From positions 62,001 to 122,565 of the forward strand of contig JAXLNO010000561.1 in assembly GCA_038087875.1 (NCBI GenBank): DNA of 60,565 nt, written 5' to 3'. The notes under the pieces are model-generated. The model made no database searches and was not told the origin of the DNA. It saw nothing but the letters and a program-made list of their open reading frames with translations. Below are positions 35,977 to 49,100 of the stretch, piece after piece. Source of the stretch: Malacoraja senta (taxonomy: Eukaryota). A program made the translations under genes and the position numbers. How positions within the stretch are numbered: position 1 is the stretch's first letter; every line of letters starts with the position of its first letter.

Positions 35977-37130
35977 ACCTCACTATCTCCATCGCAGGTG
36001 ATAGACTTCTGACCGACATCCACTATAAACCTACTGACTCCCATAGATATCTGGACTACACTTCTTCCCATCCTGCTTCCAATAAGGACTCCATCCCCTA
36101 CTCCCAATTCCTCCGTCTACGCCGCATCTGCTCCCAGGTTGAGGCGTTCCACACCAGGGCATCTGAAATGTCCTCATTCTTCAGGGAACGGGGGTTCCCC
36201 TACTCCACCATAGATGAGGCTCGCACCAGGGTCTCTTCCATACCCCGCAACACTGCTCTCTCTCCCCATCCCCCCACTCACAACAAGGGCAGGGTCCCCC
36301 TAGTCCTCACCTTTCACCCCACCAGCCGTCACATACAACAAGTGATCCTCCGTCAGTTTCGCCACCTCCAACGTGACCCCACCACTCGCCACATCTTCCC
36401 ATCTCCCCCATGTCTGCCTTCCGCAAAGACCGCTCCCTCCGTAACTCCCTTGTCAATTCTTCCCTTCCCTCCCGTACCATCCCCTCCCCGGGCACTTTCC
36501 CTTGCAACCGCAAGAGATGCAACACTTGTCCCTTCACCTCTCCCCTCGAATCCATTCAAGGACCTAAGCAGTCATTCCAGGTGCGACAGAGGTTCACCTG
36601 CATCTCCTCGAACCTCATCTATTGTATCCGCTGCTCTAGATGTCAGCTGAACTACATCGGTGAGACCAAGCGGAGGCTTGGCGATCGTTTCGCCGAACAC
36701 CTCCGCTCGGTCGGCAATAACCAACCTGACCTCCCGGTGGCTCAGCACTTCAACTCCCCCTCCCATTCCGTAACCGACCTCTCTGTCCTGGGTCTCCTCC
36801 ATGGCCAGAGCGAGCAACACCGGAAATTGGAGGAACAGCACCTCATATTCCGCTTGGGGAGTCTGCATCCTGGGGGCATGAACATTGAATTCTCCCTACT
36901 CTGTTAGCCCTCCCCTTCCTCAAGCCTCGGGCTGTCTCCTCCCATCCCTCAGCCCTCGGGCTCCTCCTCCGCCTTTTTCCTTTCTTCTCCCCACCCCCCA
37001 TCATTCTGAAGAAGGGTTTCGGCCCGAAACGTTGCCTATTTCCTTCGCTCCATAGATGCTGCTACACCCGCTGAGTTTCTCCAGCATTTTTGGGTACCTT
37101 CAATTTTCCAGCATTTGCAATTCCTTCTTA
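35977..37130 (+). mobile_element. Penelope-like element, 5'-truncated: RT thumb plus GIY-YIG endonuclease (copy 1, 1-bp frameshift at ~36405)
   Basis: TDIHYKPTDSHRYLDYTSSHP, SIPYSQFLRLRRICS, C-x4-C-x2-C and NLIYCIRC...YIGETKRRLGDRFAEH...HF. Hammerhead-like 3' end. Confidence 0.93.
37006..37033 (+). ncRNA. Minimal hammerhead ribozyme motif at the Penelope 3' end (also 45993-46020, 54980-55007, 30295-30322)
   Basis: CUGAAGA-A-GGGU(UUCG)GCCC-GAAACGUU: both conserved core strands, stem II with a UUCG loop and palindromic AACGUU in place of stem III. Penelope terminal repeats are known to carry minimal hammerheads. Stem I is weak here. Confidence 0.65.
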
Positions 37131-39176
37131 AATACCTATTGCAACTGTCGAGTTCCCCACACAAGGACATAGTGATGAACCCGGCTATAAATACTGACGG
37201 TGATACCACGTGTGGAGAAACGTGCACACACTGGACCAATAGTCATTGAGTCACACAGCAGAGAAATAGGCCGAAACACTGTGTGTGTGTCTGCTGTCCA
37301 ATTACTAAATCCCATCTACCAGCACTTAGTCTGCAGAATATTATGCCCTGGCACTATCGTTATTCAGGAAAGCGATACTTACATTCGACTCGGGGCAGAG
37401 ACAGAATTCGAGACGTATCCGTCGCATCAAGTGGCTCTCAAAGGTGAACAATTGACCAGTTCATCCATTCTGTGCAGTTCGTAAGAACAACAAATGAATG
37501 TATTGACCTCGACATCGGGACTTCTGCGAGGCCTTTGCAGGATAGATTTTGAGAGAATTACAGCCCGCATATGGATGATCACATTAGGATCATCGTTCAG
37601 AATAAGAATTCACCTTGGAGTGACTGAAGTCAGATGTAAAATATTCTCGCAGATATAGCTGAATCTACAGAAAACAAGAATGGCCATTAATGAAATGTAA
37701 ACAGGGTTGGGGCGAAGGTATTTGTGGCAAATAGGGAAACCAACGCTGATGAGACCTGAGTGGAAGTGAATAAGGAATCAAAAACAGTTTGTAATTATGA
37801 TATTGAATTGTCAAACAGACTTGAGCTTGGCATTGTGCGTGTGACCGTGTGTACCTGTGTCTGCTGGGAGAAGAATGACTGTTATCTCCAAACCACGGGA
37901 CCGCGGAATCTGCTCTACCTCTGTCACTGCTTCCAAGGCCCCAATGCCCCGGACCTCAGTCAGTGAGGATAGGGGACAGCATCTCCTCCATAATCACTCT
38001 CCACATCGGTTCCCTGCAGGGATGTGTTCTTGGCCTCCACCTATACTCCCTTTACACTCTCGACTGTAGGGACACATTTGGCTTTAATGACATCTACAGG
38101 TTTGCTCACAACCCTATTATGTTGGGTCACATGGAGAATAATGACAATATGGAGTACGGGAGGTAGATAGAGAACTAAGATACATGGTGCCAGGACAATA
38201 ATCTTCCCCTCAATGTCAGCAGGACGATGAAGCTAGTTATTAACTTGAGGAAGCATGGTGCAGAACATGCTCAATCAGCATCATTGGTGCAGAAGTGGAA
38301 ATGGTTGACAGCTTCCCCTTTGTGTTAATAATATCAAAGGGCTGTCGTGGATCATAGATGCAACAATCCAGAAGGCGCACTAACCCCTTTATATCCTGAT
38401 GTGACAGATAAATCTCGGCATGTCTCCAGTGACTCTTCCAAACTTCTGTAGATGCACCGAGGACAGTATAATGTAGGGCTGCTTCTTTTGAGAAAAGCTC
38501 TGCCTGAGAACGCAAGCAATTGCAGAGATTTGTAGATGTAGCCAAGTCCATCACACAGACCAGACTTCTCACCACTGAATCCATCTACACTTTACGCTGC
38601 CTCGGAAAAGCAGCCAATATTATCAAAGACCTGTTTCACCTCGACCATTCCTTGTTCTCACTGCTCCAGTCAGCAGGAAGTGCACACACGTGAAAGCGCG
38701 CACCACCAGTAGCTTCTTCCCGTCCATTATCGGGATGCTTAATGGTCCTTCCATAAGATATGGTGCTGTTGAATTCACATGTCCCCTTTGATGACATTGG
38801 ACTTAGTCTCTGGAGCTGATGCGCTACATTGCTGAAACTATATTCTGCACACTGTATCTTCTCCTTTGCTCTATCTGTTATACGTGAGTTTGAAATGATT
38901 GTACCTATGCACAGAATATCTGGTTGCCTGGATAACATGCAAACACAGTTTATTTCCCACTCCATCTCGGTATATTTCACAATAATAATCCTAATCCTAA
39001 ACCTGTACCTGAAACCTAATGTGCCTCGCATCTTAATTGTTTACAACTCCGCCAAGCCAGTGGGAGGTCTCAAAGGTGAGATCAGTATTGCATCATCTGT
39101 CGCTCTAGCTGTGCGCTTCAGAACAGTTAAATAAAAGTTTCTGCATCTGCTTGAATGAATCTTTTGTGTTTTTACA

Positions 39177-39730
39177 AAAAGCTCGAATTCTACAACTGTG
39201 AATGTCCGTTTCTTAGGACAAAGATAGACCAGAATTCCGCAATGCGCTTTGCGCAGATGTTGTTCATTCTTACACATTTACGGATAAATCAGGGTTTGAT
39301 GAGAATAAAGAACGATATTCAGCATGATATTCCGTAGCTCGAATTATAGTCTGCATTCTGTTTCTTCGTATTTGCTCTATCCATTGTACAAGTTTGAACT
39401 GTTTGTATCTACATATGATATATGTGAAACGTTTGGATAGCATGCAATACAAAGATTTACACTGTACCCATGTATCCATGAGAGTCATAGACCTCACCAA
39501 AGCTGGCCAAACATAATGATCTGTGGTGAGTAACAACCATGGCGGAGACTGGAGACGATGAAGATTGGGGACCATGTTGATAAACAAGAGAAGGTGATGA
39601 TTGTTTTTTATCAACAGATGAACTGTTGGACAAGTGTAAAGAGAAGCCGACGAGAGGGGATAGGATGAACAACACAGTAAACCTGCTGATAATATTCAGG
39701 AGACTGAAGTAATTGCCGAGCTTCTGACAA
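39177..39730 (+). pseudogene. Ancient unit C of the same putative V2R-like array (copies ~48164-48717 and ~57144-57700)
   Basis: Paralogous to 32289-32850. ORF 39155..39337 reads FYNCECPFLRTKIDQNSAMRFAQML...GLMRIKND, against the V2R pattern FSTCAC...PSFLRTIPSD..Q..ALAQLV...GLI.SDND. Confidence 0.45.
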
Positions 39731-39732
39731 AG

Positions 39733-39866
39733 AAGGAGGAGGAGGAAGAGGAAGAGGAAGAGGAAGAGGAAGAGGAAGAGGAAGAGGAAGAGGAAGAGGA
39801 GGAGGAAGAGGAGGACGAGGAGGAAGAGGGAGAGGAGGAGGAGGAGGAGGAGGAGGAGGAGGAGGA
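39733..39866 (+). repeat. (GAGGAA)n/(GAG)n purine tract (copies ~48720-48853 and ~57699-57817)
   Basis: Visible directly; shorter in U3. Confidence 0.95.
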
Positions 39867-40088
39867 TGCAGGAAGGATATACTCAGAAGAGACAGAGAGG
39901 CATACAGCGCGCAAAGAGGCCATTCCACCCAGCTTGCCTCTGCTGAGCAACAAGCATCATCGACGCTAGGCACACCTATCAGATTAAGGCAATACCCCTC
40001 CATCTATGTACATCTGTAAATGTTACTTATATATTGTCATAGCACCTGCCTCGTCTATCTCATCCAGTAGCTCGATCCATACACCTAC

Positions 40089-41611
40089 CATGGATGCATT
40101 AGTGATAATTTTTCAAAACTCTTTAGATTCTGGAGTAGTTCATGAGGATTGGAGGGTAGCAAACGTAACCCCACTTTTTAAGAAGGGAGGGAGAGAGAAA
40201 ACGGGGAATTACAGACCAGTTAGTCTAACATCGGTAGTGGGGAAACTGCTAGAGTCAGTTATTAAAGATGGGATAGCAGCACATTTGGAAAGTGGTGAAA
40301 TCATTGGACAAAGTCAGCATGAATTTACGAAAGGTAAATCGTGTCTGACGAATCTTATAGAATTTTTCGAGGATGTAACTAGTAGAGTGGATAGGGGAGA
40401 ACCAGTCGATGTGTTGTATCTGGACTGTCACAAGGCTTTCGACAAGGTACCACATAAGAGATTAGTATACAAACTTAAAGCACACGGTATTGGGGGTTCA
40501 GTATTGATGTGGATAGAGAACTGGCTGGCAAACAGGAAGCAAAGAGTAGGAGTAAACGGGTCCTTTTCACAATGGCAGGCAGTGACTAGTGGGGTACCGC
40601 AAGGCTCAGTGCTGGGACCCCAGCTATTTACAATTTATATTAATGAACTGGATGAGGGAATTGAAGACAACATCTCCAAGTTTGCGGATGACACTAAGCT
40701 GGGGGGCAGTGTTAGCTGTGAGGAGGATGCTAGGAGACTGCAAGGTGACTTGGATAGGCTGGATGAGTGGGCAAATGTTTGGCAGATGCAGTATAATGTG
40801 GATAAATGTGAGGTTATCCACTTTGGTGGCAAAAACGGGAAGGCAGACTATGATCTAAATGGTGGCCGATTAGGAAATGGGGAGATGCAGCGAGACCTGG
40901 GTGTCATGGAACACCAGTCATTGAAAGTATGCATGCAGGTGCAGCAGGCAGTGAAGAAAGCGAATTGTATGTTGGCCTTCATAGCAAGAGGATTTGAGTA
41001 TAGGAGCAGGGAGGTTCTACTGCAGTTGTACAGGGTCTTGGTGAGACCACACCTGGAGTATTGCGTACAGTTTTGGTCTCCAAATCTGAGGAAGGACATT
41101 ATAGCCATAGAGGGAGTGCAGAGAAGGTTCACCAGACTGATTCCTGGGATGTCAGGACTTTCATATGAAGAAAGACTGGATAGACTTGGCTTATACTCGC
41201 TAGAATTTAGGAGATTGAGAGGGGATCTTATAGAAACGTACAAAATTCTTATGGGGTTGGACAGGCTAGATGCAGGAAGATTGTTCCCGATGTTGGGGAA
41301 GTCCAGGACAAGGGGTCACAACTTAAGGATAAGGGGGAAATCCTTTAAGACCGAGATGAGGAAAAACCTTTTCACACAGAGAGTGGTGAATCTCTGGAAC
41401 TCTCTGCCACAGAGGGTAGTTGAGGCCAGTTCATTGGCTATATTTAAGAGGGAGTTAGATGTGGCCCTTGTGGCTAAGGGGATCAGGGGGTATGGAGAGA
41501 AGGCAGGTACGGGATACTGAGTTGGATGATCAGCCATGATCATATTGAATGGCGGTGCAGGCTCGAAGGGCCGAATGGCCTACTCCTGCACCTATTTTCT
41601 ATGTATCTATG
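40089..41611 (+). mobile_element. 5'-truncated CR1 with an open RT frame (copies ~49076-50598 and ~58039-59562)
   Basis: ORF 40006..41520 carries NYRPVSLTS, KAFDKVPH, GVPQGSVLGP and FADD, with a tctatgta tail. It is inserted in an older antisense CR1 whose sequence resumes only after the U3 copy. Confidence 0.95.
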
Positions 41612-42599
41612 TAACACAGTAAAACACCCGATACCGTATCGTGGACCGTATTAATTGCCGGGCATTTGCAATACAACATAAAACATAATATACTCTGCAG
41701 ACTCAGAAAACTCATATGTAATGTCAGAAGTAAATTATCTTACCTAAGTTTGTCCCTTATACTCAGCACCATCTTTGTGTCAAGTCTTCACTTCAGGTTC
41801 CTTGTAAATCTTGCCCCTCTCACCTTAAACCTATGATATCTGATTTTTGATTCTCCATCCTGGATAAAAGACTGCATTCATCCTAATTATTCGTCTCATG
41901 ATTTAACACTCTTTATATCATCACCCCTCAGCTTCCTTCGCTCCAGGGAATAAAGTCCTCACTTCTCCCTACAGCTGGGACACACAAGGGCATCGCAGTA
42001 CAGTCCAGCTATAACTACTGATGGTGATACCAGATGTGGAGAAACATGCAGTGACTGGACCAAGAGTCATAGTCACACAGCAGAGAAACAGACCCAGCAA
42101 CTCTCTGTGTCCATGCTACCCAATTATTGAATCACATTTACTAGCAATTGGTCCAGAGAATATTATGCACTGATTTTCTCTTTTATTGAAGGTGATACTT
42201 ACCGTTGAAGCGGTGTAGAGTCCAAGTCGAGATTTATCCAGAGCATAAAGTAGCTGTGAGACGATCACCATTTAATCAGATCCTCTACTGTGTACAGTTG
42301 CTAAGAACAACAAGTTAATTTATTGACATTGATTTGTGGGACTGCGACGTCCTGACAGGGTAGACCATCAAAGCAATAAACAACGGGTATAAGAATGATT
42401 ACGTTGGGATCAGAAGTTCAGATTATCAATTCACCTTGGAGTGACTGAGATGAGATGTAATTTACTCTCTCAGATATATCTGCATGGAGAGTACCCTCTC
42501 CTCCAGAAAACGATGATGTCCATTTGTTAAATACATACAAGCGAAGTTCCTTGTGGACAAGAGGGAACTGAAGACTAATGTGACCAGGGGTATGGAAAT

Positions 42600-42770
42600 G
42601 AAGTTAGAAAGAGCTCTAGGGGCTAGTGGAGTCAAGGGGTATGGGGAGAAGGCAGGCACGGGTTATTGATTGGGGACGATCAGCCATGATCACAATGAAT
42701 GGTGGTGCTGGCTCGAAGGGCCGAATGGCCTCCTCCTGCACCTATTTTCTATGTTTCTATCTATGTTTCT
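42600..42770 (+). mobile_element. Short CR1 3' end present in U2 and U3 (~51587-51757) but absent from U1
   Basis: U1 reads ggaaatgaatttgattccagg at ~33771-33791. U2 has the CR1 tail inserted between these halves. Confidence 0.88.
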
Positions 42771-44293
42771 AACGATTCCAGGATCAGTTTGATAATTAAT
42801 TGTCTGAACAGGCCTGAGCTTGGCATTGTGCGTGTGGCCGTGTATACCTGTGTCCATGGCCTAGGTATGTGATCCGCCCTCTGCCACTGCTTCATCGGCC
42901 CTATGGCCCACGGACCTGTCAGTGACGACAGGTGACAACATCTCCTCCATAATTACTCTCAACACCGGCGCCCTGCAAGGGTGATTTCTCGGTCCCCTGC
43001 GATTCTCTCTTTACACTCTCCATTGTTCTCTGACGACAACCCTGTGATGGGCCGGATCAGGGACAATGATGAGGCGGAGTTCAGGGAAGAGATAATGTAC
43101 CTACTCACATTGTGGCAGAACAATAGCCTCTCCATCAACATCATCAAGATGAAGGGGCTAGTTATTAATTCCTGGAAGCAAGGTGGAGTACATGCGTAAA
43201 TCAGGATTATTGGCGCGGAAGTGGAAATAGTTGAGGCTCAAGTTGTTTGGCGTTCATATTAACACCGATGTGTCCTGGATGAACCACACAGTTCAGACAA
43301 CCAAGAAGGCACACTCGACTTCCGCAGGAGACTTACAAAACCTCTACAAACATCTCCAGATGTGCCATTGAAAGCAGGTCAGGATGCATCACAGCCTGGT
43401 TTGGAAATAGTTCTAGTCAAGACGGCAAGATATTGCAGAGATATTTTCTATTATGTCCATGTATGGTGTGACTGGTCTGAGTGGATATCATGCAAAACCA
43501 GGCTTTTCACTGTAAATACGTACATGCGGCAATAATACATCTAGCCGAACCCAGACAAATCTAATGATTGGAGATAAGTAACAACTGTGATCAGAGCGTG
43601 AATATAAGTACAATGATAGGGCAAAGATTACCCACGTGACACAGCCGGTGTTTATATACAAGAGAAGTTGATGCATCCTTGTTAACCGCAAATGAACAGT
43701 TCGACACATGCGTGAGAAGATGAGGTGTGGGGGTAGGAGACAGAATCGAGTAAAATGCTAATACTGTATTGCGGACCGCAGTTATTGCCGGGCATCGGAA
43801 ATAAAATAGGACAAAAGGATAAACCCAGAAGATTCAGAAGATGCAGGAAACATGAACGCAGGAAACATGTTCCCGATGTTGGGGGGGTCCAGAACCAGGG
43901 GCCACAGTTTAAGAATAAGGAGTAAGCCATATAGAACGGAGACGAGGAAACACTTTTTCTCACAGACAGTGGTGAGTCTGCGGAATTATCTGCCTCAGAG
44001 GGCGGTGGAGGCCGGTTCTCTGGATGCTTTCAAGAGAGAGCGAGATAGCGCTTAAAAATAGCGGAGTCAGGGGATATGGGGAGAAGGCAGGAACGGGGTA
44101 CTGATTGGGGAAGATCAGCCATGATCATATTGAATGGCGGTGCTGGCTCGAAGGGCCGAATGGCCTACTCCTGCACCTATTGTCTATTGTCTATTGTCTA
44201 AGACTTCCGCTTGAGAGGACAACGTATCTAATGTCTGAAATGAATGAGCTTATCAAAGCTCCGATCTAGTCTAAACAAATGCACGCTGTGTTA

Positions 44294-44803
44294 AGGGCCT
44301 GTCCCACTTGCATGCGATTGCATGCGTCTGGCGCGACCAAACGTGGTCGCTTGAGGCGTACGGGCCGCGTGGGGCCGGTCCCACTTCGAAGCGCGGAAGC
44401 GTATGGTGTTGTGCGGGGCTGGGCTCCGAAAATCCTGCACTGTCCGAAAATTCCGCGCGCCAATGGCCTGTCGACTCGCAGGCGCATTGAGGGCATACGC
44501 AGCATCCTGACGGCCTATGCAGCGTCTTGATGTCGACCGCAGCGTCTTGGCGGCGTACGCCTAGCGCGTGGCGTTGCGCGATGACTTCACCGCCCGACGC
44601 CGTGCGACGCCCAAATTCAGTCGGCCCGCCTCCTGCCCAGCTGATTGATAAGTATGACGCGAATTACATCAGGCGCGAACTTAGCGCATACTTACCGTGT
44701 ACTTTGCACGTACTTACCGTGAACTTAGCGCTAACAGCGCGAACTTCCCTTCCGTTTTGGTCGCGCCAAACGCGTGCAGTCGCATACAAGTGGGACAGGC
44801 CCT
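44294..44803. mobile_element. PIF/Harbinger-like MITE (copy 2)
   Basis: Same TIRs and TSD, carried within U2. Confidence 0.88.
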
Positions 44804-44962
44804 TTACTGTTTCGCAATTCATATGCCCACAAACATTGGCGTTGTCTAGATGAGAGTGTAAACTGGCTCGTCAGCGCACATCAACATTGGTGCAGAATTA
44901 GTTGCTGCCCAACATTTATTACTCAACAGAAATAACCAAACCTGGCTACCTATTGCAACTTC

Positions 44963-46117
44963 ACCTCACTATCTCCATCGCAGGTGATAGACTTCTGACC
45001 GACATCCACTATAAACCTACTGACTCCCATAGATATCTGGACTACACTTCTTCCCATCCTGCTTCCAATAAGGACTCCATCCCCTACTCCCAATTCCTCC
45101 GTCTACGCCGCATCTGCTCCCAGGTTGAGGCGTTCCACACCAGGGCATCTGAAATGTCCTCATTCTTCAGGGAACGGGGGTTCCCCTACTCCACCATAGA
45201 TGAGGCTCGCACCAGGGTCTCTTCCATACCCCGCAACACTGCTCTCTCTCCCCATCCCCCCACTCACAACAAGGGCAGGGTCCCCCTAGTCCTCACCTTT
45301 CACCCCACCAGCCGTCACATACAACAAGTGATCCTCCGTCAGTTTCGCCACCTCCAACGTGACCCCACCACTCGCCACATCTTCCCATCTCCCCCCATGT
45401 CTGCCTTCCGCAAAGACCGCTCCCTCCGTAACTCCCTTGTCAATTCTTCCCTTCCCTCCCGTACCATCCCCTCCCCGGGCACTTTCCCTTGCAACCGCAA
45501 GAGATGCAACACTTGTCCCTTCACCTCTCCCCTCGAATCCATTCAAGGACCTAAGCAGTCATTCCAGGTGCGACAGAGGTTCACCTGCATCTCCTCGAAC
45601 CTCATCTATTGTATCCGCTGCTCTAGATGTCAGCTGAACTACATCGGTGAGACCAAGCGGAGGCTTGGCGATCGTTTCGCCGAACACCTCCGCTCGGTCG
45701 GCAATAACCAACCTGACCTCCCGGTGGCTCAGCACTTCAACTCCCCCTCCCATTCCGTAACCGACCTCTCTGTCCTGGGTCTCCTCCATGGCCAGAGCGA
45801 GCAACACCGGAAATTGGAGGAACAGCACCTCATATTCCGCTTGGGGAGTCTGCATCCTGGGGGCATGAACATTGAATTCTCCCTACTCTGTTAGCCCTCC
45901 CCTTCCTCAAGCCTCGGGCTGTCTCCTCCCATCCCTCAGCCCTCGGGCTCCTCCTCCGCCTTTTTCCTTTCTTCTCCCCACCCCCCATCATTCTGAAGAA
46001 GGGTTTCGGCCCGAAACGTTGCCTATTTCCTTCGCTCCATAGATGCTGCTACACCCGCTGAGTTTCTCCAGCATTTTTGGGTACCTTCAATTTTCCAGCA
46101 TTTGCAATTCCTTCTTA
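44963..46117 (+). mobile_element. Penelope-like element (copy 2; frame open to the stop at 45894)
   Basis: ORF 44902..45894 with the GIY-YIG motifs above. Confidence 0.93.
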
Positions 46118-49100
46118 AATACCTATTGCAACTGTCGAGTTCCCCACACAAGGACATAGTGATGAACCCGGCTATAAATACTGACGGTGATACCACGTGT
46201 GGAGAAACGTGCACACACTGGACCAATAGTCATTGAGTCACACAGCAGAGAAATAGGCCGAAACACTGTGTGTGTGTCTGCTGTCCAATTACTAAATCCC
46301 ATCTACCAGCACTTAGTCTGCAGAATATTATGCCCTGGCACTATCGTTATTCAGGAAAGCGATACTTACATTCGACTCGGGGCAGAGACAGAATTCGAGA
46401 CGTATCCGTCGCATCAAGTGGCTCTCAAAGGTGAACAATTGACCAGTTCATCCATTCTGTGCAGTTCGTAAGAACAACAAATGAATGTATTGACCTCGAC
46501 ATCGGGACTTCTGCGAGGCCTTTGCAGGATAGATTTTGAGAGAATTACAGCCCGCATATGGATGATCACATTAGGATCATCGTTCAGAATAAGAATTCAC
46601 CTTGGAGTGACTGAAGTCAGATGTAAAATATTCTCGCAGATATAGCTGAATCTACAGAAAACAAGAATGGCCATTAATGAAATGTAAACAGGGTTGGGGC
46701 GAAGGTATTTGTGGCAAATAGGGAAACCAACGCTGATGAGACCTGAGTGGAAGTGAATAAGGAATCAAAAACAGTTTGTAATTATGATATTGAATTGTCA
46801 AACAGACTTGAGCTTGGCATTGTGCGTGTGACCGTGTGTACCTGTGTCTGCTGGGAGAAGAATGACTGTTATCTCCAAACCACGGGACCGCGGAATCTGC
46901 TCTACCTCTGTCACTGCTTCCAAGGCCCCAATGCCCCGGACCTCAGTCAGTGAGGATAGGGGACAGCATCTCCTCCATAATCACTCTCCACATCGGTTCC
47001 CTGCAGGGATGTGTTCTTGGCCTCCACCTATACTCCCTTTACACTCTCGACTGTAGGGACACATTTGGCTTTAATGACATCTACAGGTTTGCTCACAACC
47101 CTATTATGTTGGGTCACATGGAGAATAATGACAATATGGAGTACGGGAGGTAGATAGAGAACTAAGATACATGGTGCCAGGACAATAATCTTCCCCTCAA
47201 TGTCAGCAGGACGATGAAGCTAGTTATTAACTTGAGGAAGCATGGTGCAGAACATGCTCAATCAGCATCATTGGTGCAGAAGTGGAAATGGTTGACAGCT
47301 TCCCCTTTGTGTTAATAATATCAAAGGGCTGTCGTGGATCATAGATGCAACAATCCAGAAGGCGCACTAACCCCTTTATATCCTGATGTGACAGATAAAT
47401 CTCGGCATGTCTCCAGTGACTCTTCCAAACTTCTGTAGATGCACCGAGGACAGTATAATGTAGGGCTGCTTCTTTTGAGAAAAGCTCTGCCTGAGAACGC
47501 AAGCAATTGCAGAGATTTGTAGATGTAGCCAAGTCCATCACACAGACCAGACTTCTCACCACTGAATCCATCTACACTTTACGCTGCCTCGGAAAAGCAG
47601 CCAATATTATCAAAGACCTGTTTCACCTCGACCATTCCTTGTTCTCACTGCTCCAGTCAGCAGGAAGTGCACACACGTGAAAGCGCGCACCACCAGTAGC
47701 TTCTTCCCGTCCATTATCGGGATGCTTAATGGTCCTTCCATAAGATATGGTGCTGTTGAATTCACATGTCCCCTTTGATGACATTGGACTTAGTCTCTGG
47801 AGCTGATGCGCTACATTGCTGAAACTATATTCTGCACACTGTATCTTCTCCTTTGCTCTATCTGTTATACGTGAGTTTGAAATGATTGTACCTATGCACA
47901 GAATATCTGGTTGCCTGGATAACATGCAAACACAGTTTATTTCCCACTCCATCTCGGTATATTTCACAATAATAATCCTAATCCTAAACCTGTACCTGAA
48001 ACCTAATGTGCCTCGCATCTTAATTGTTTACAACTCCGCCAAGCCAGTGGGAGGTCTCAAAGGTGAGATCAGTATTGCATCATCTGTCGCTCTAGCTGTG
48101 CGCTTCAGAACAGTTAAATAAAAGTTTCTGCATCTGCTTGAATGAATCTTTTGTGTTTTTACAAAAAGCTCGAATTCTACAACTGTGAATGTCCGTTTCT
48201 TAGGACAAAGATAGACCAGAATTCCGCAATGCGCTTTGCGCAGATGTTGTTCATTCTTACACATTTACGGATAAATCAGGGTTTGATGAGAATAAAGAAC
48301 GATATTCAGCATGATATTCCGTAGCTCGAATTATAGTCTGCATTCTGTTTCTTCGTATTTGCTCTATCCATTGTACAAGTTTGAACTGTTTGTATCTACA
48401 TATGATATATGTGAAACGTTTGGATAGCATGCAATACAAAGATTTACACTGTACCCATGTATCCATGAGAGTCATAGACCTCACCAAAGCTGGCCAAACA
48501 TAATGATCTGTGGTGAGTAACAACCATGGCGGAGACTGGAGACGATGAAGATTGGGGACCATGTTGATAAACAAGAGAAGGTGATGATTGTTTTTTATCA
48601 ACAGATGAACTGTTGGACAAGTGTAAAGAGAAGCCGACGAGAGGGGATAGGATGAACAACACAGTAAACCTGCTGATAATATTCAGGAGACTGAAGTAAT
48701 TGCCGAGCTTCTGACAAAGAAGGAGGAGGAGGAAGAGGAAGAGGAAGAGGAAGAGGAAGAGGAAGAGGAAGAGGAAGAGGAAGAGGAGGAGGAAGAGGAG
48801 GACGAGGAGGAAGAGGGAGAGGAGGAGGAGGAGGAGGAGGAGGAGGAGGAGGATGCAGGAAGGATATACTCAAAAGAGACAGAGAGGCATACAGCGCGCA
48901 AAGAGGCCATTCCACCCAGCTTGCCTCTGCTGAGCAACAAGCATCATCGACGCTAGGCACACCTATCAGATTAAGGCAATACCCCTCCATCTATGTACAT
49001 CTGTAAATGTTACTTATATATTGTCATAGCACCTGCCTCGTCTATCTCATCCAGTAGCTCGATCCATACACCTACCATGGATGCATTAGTGATAATTTTT

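Larger units (their letters stand above)
34575..37860 (+). pseudogene. Ancient unit B of the same putative V2R-like array (pieces 34575-34860 and 37150-37860; copies at about +8987 and +17974)
   Basis: Clearly paralogous at DNA level to 32600-32900 and 33180-33860 (for example aattcaccttgg, gagcttggcattgtgcgtgtg). Motifs KITHV, ESDTY, SD*SQM (cf SDVSQL) and YDI.NCQ (cf YDIINWQ). Confidence 0.42.

Noticed and set aside
37608..37635. WSxWS cytokine-receptor motif (SPWSD*S)
   Set aside because: The second W is TGA or TTA in all paralogs and there is no convincing FN3 context. The surrounding motifs fit the V2R-like reading better, or chance.
39611..40003. Poly-Pro/poly-Ser ORFs (and the RE/SL-rich ORFs at 20541-21178)
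   Set aside because: They are translations of the (GAGGAA)n/(GAG)n and (GA)n microsatellites.
40006..41520. 504-aa ORF as a host or domesticated RT gene
   Set aside because: It is a 5'-truncated CR1 ORF2. The N-terminal ~29 aa are read through from an antisense CR1 remnant, and the repeated copies come from the segmental duplication.
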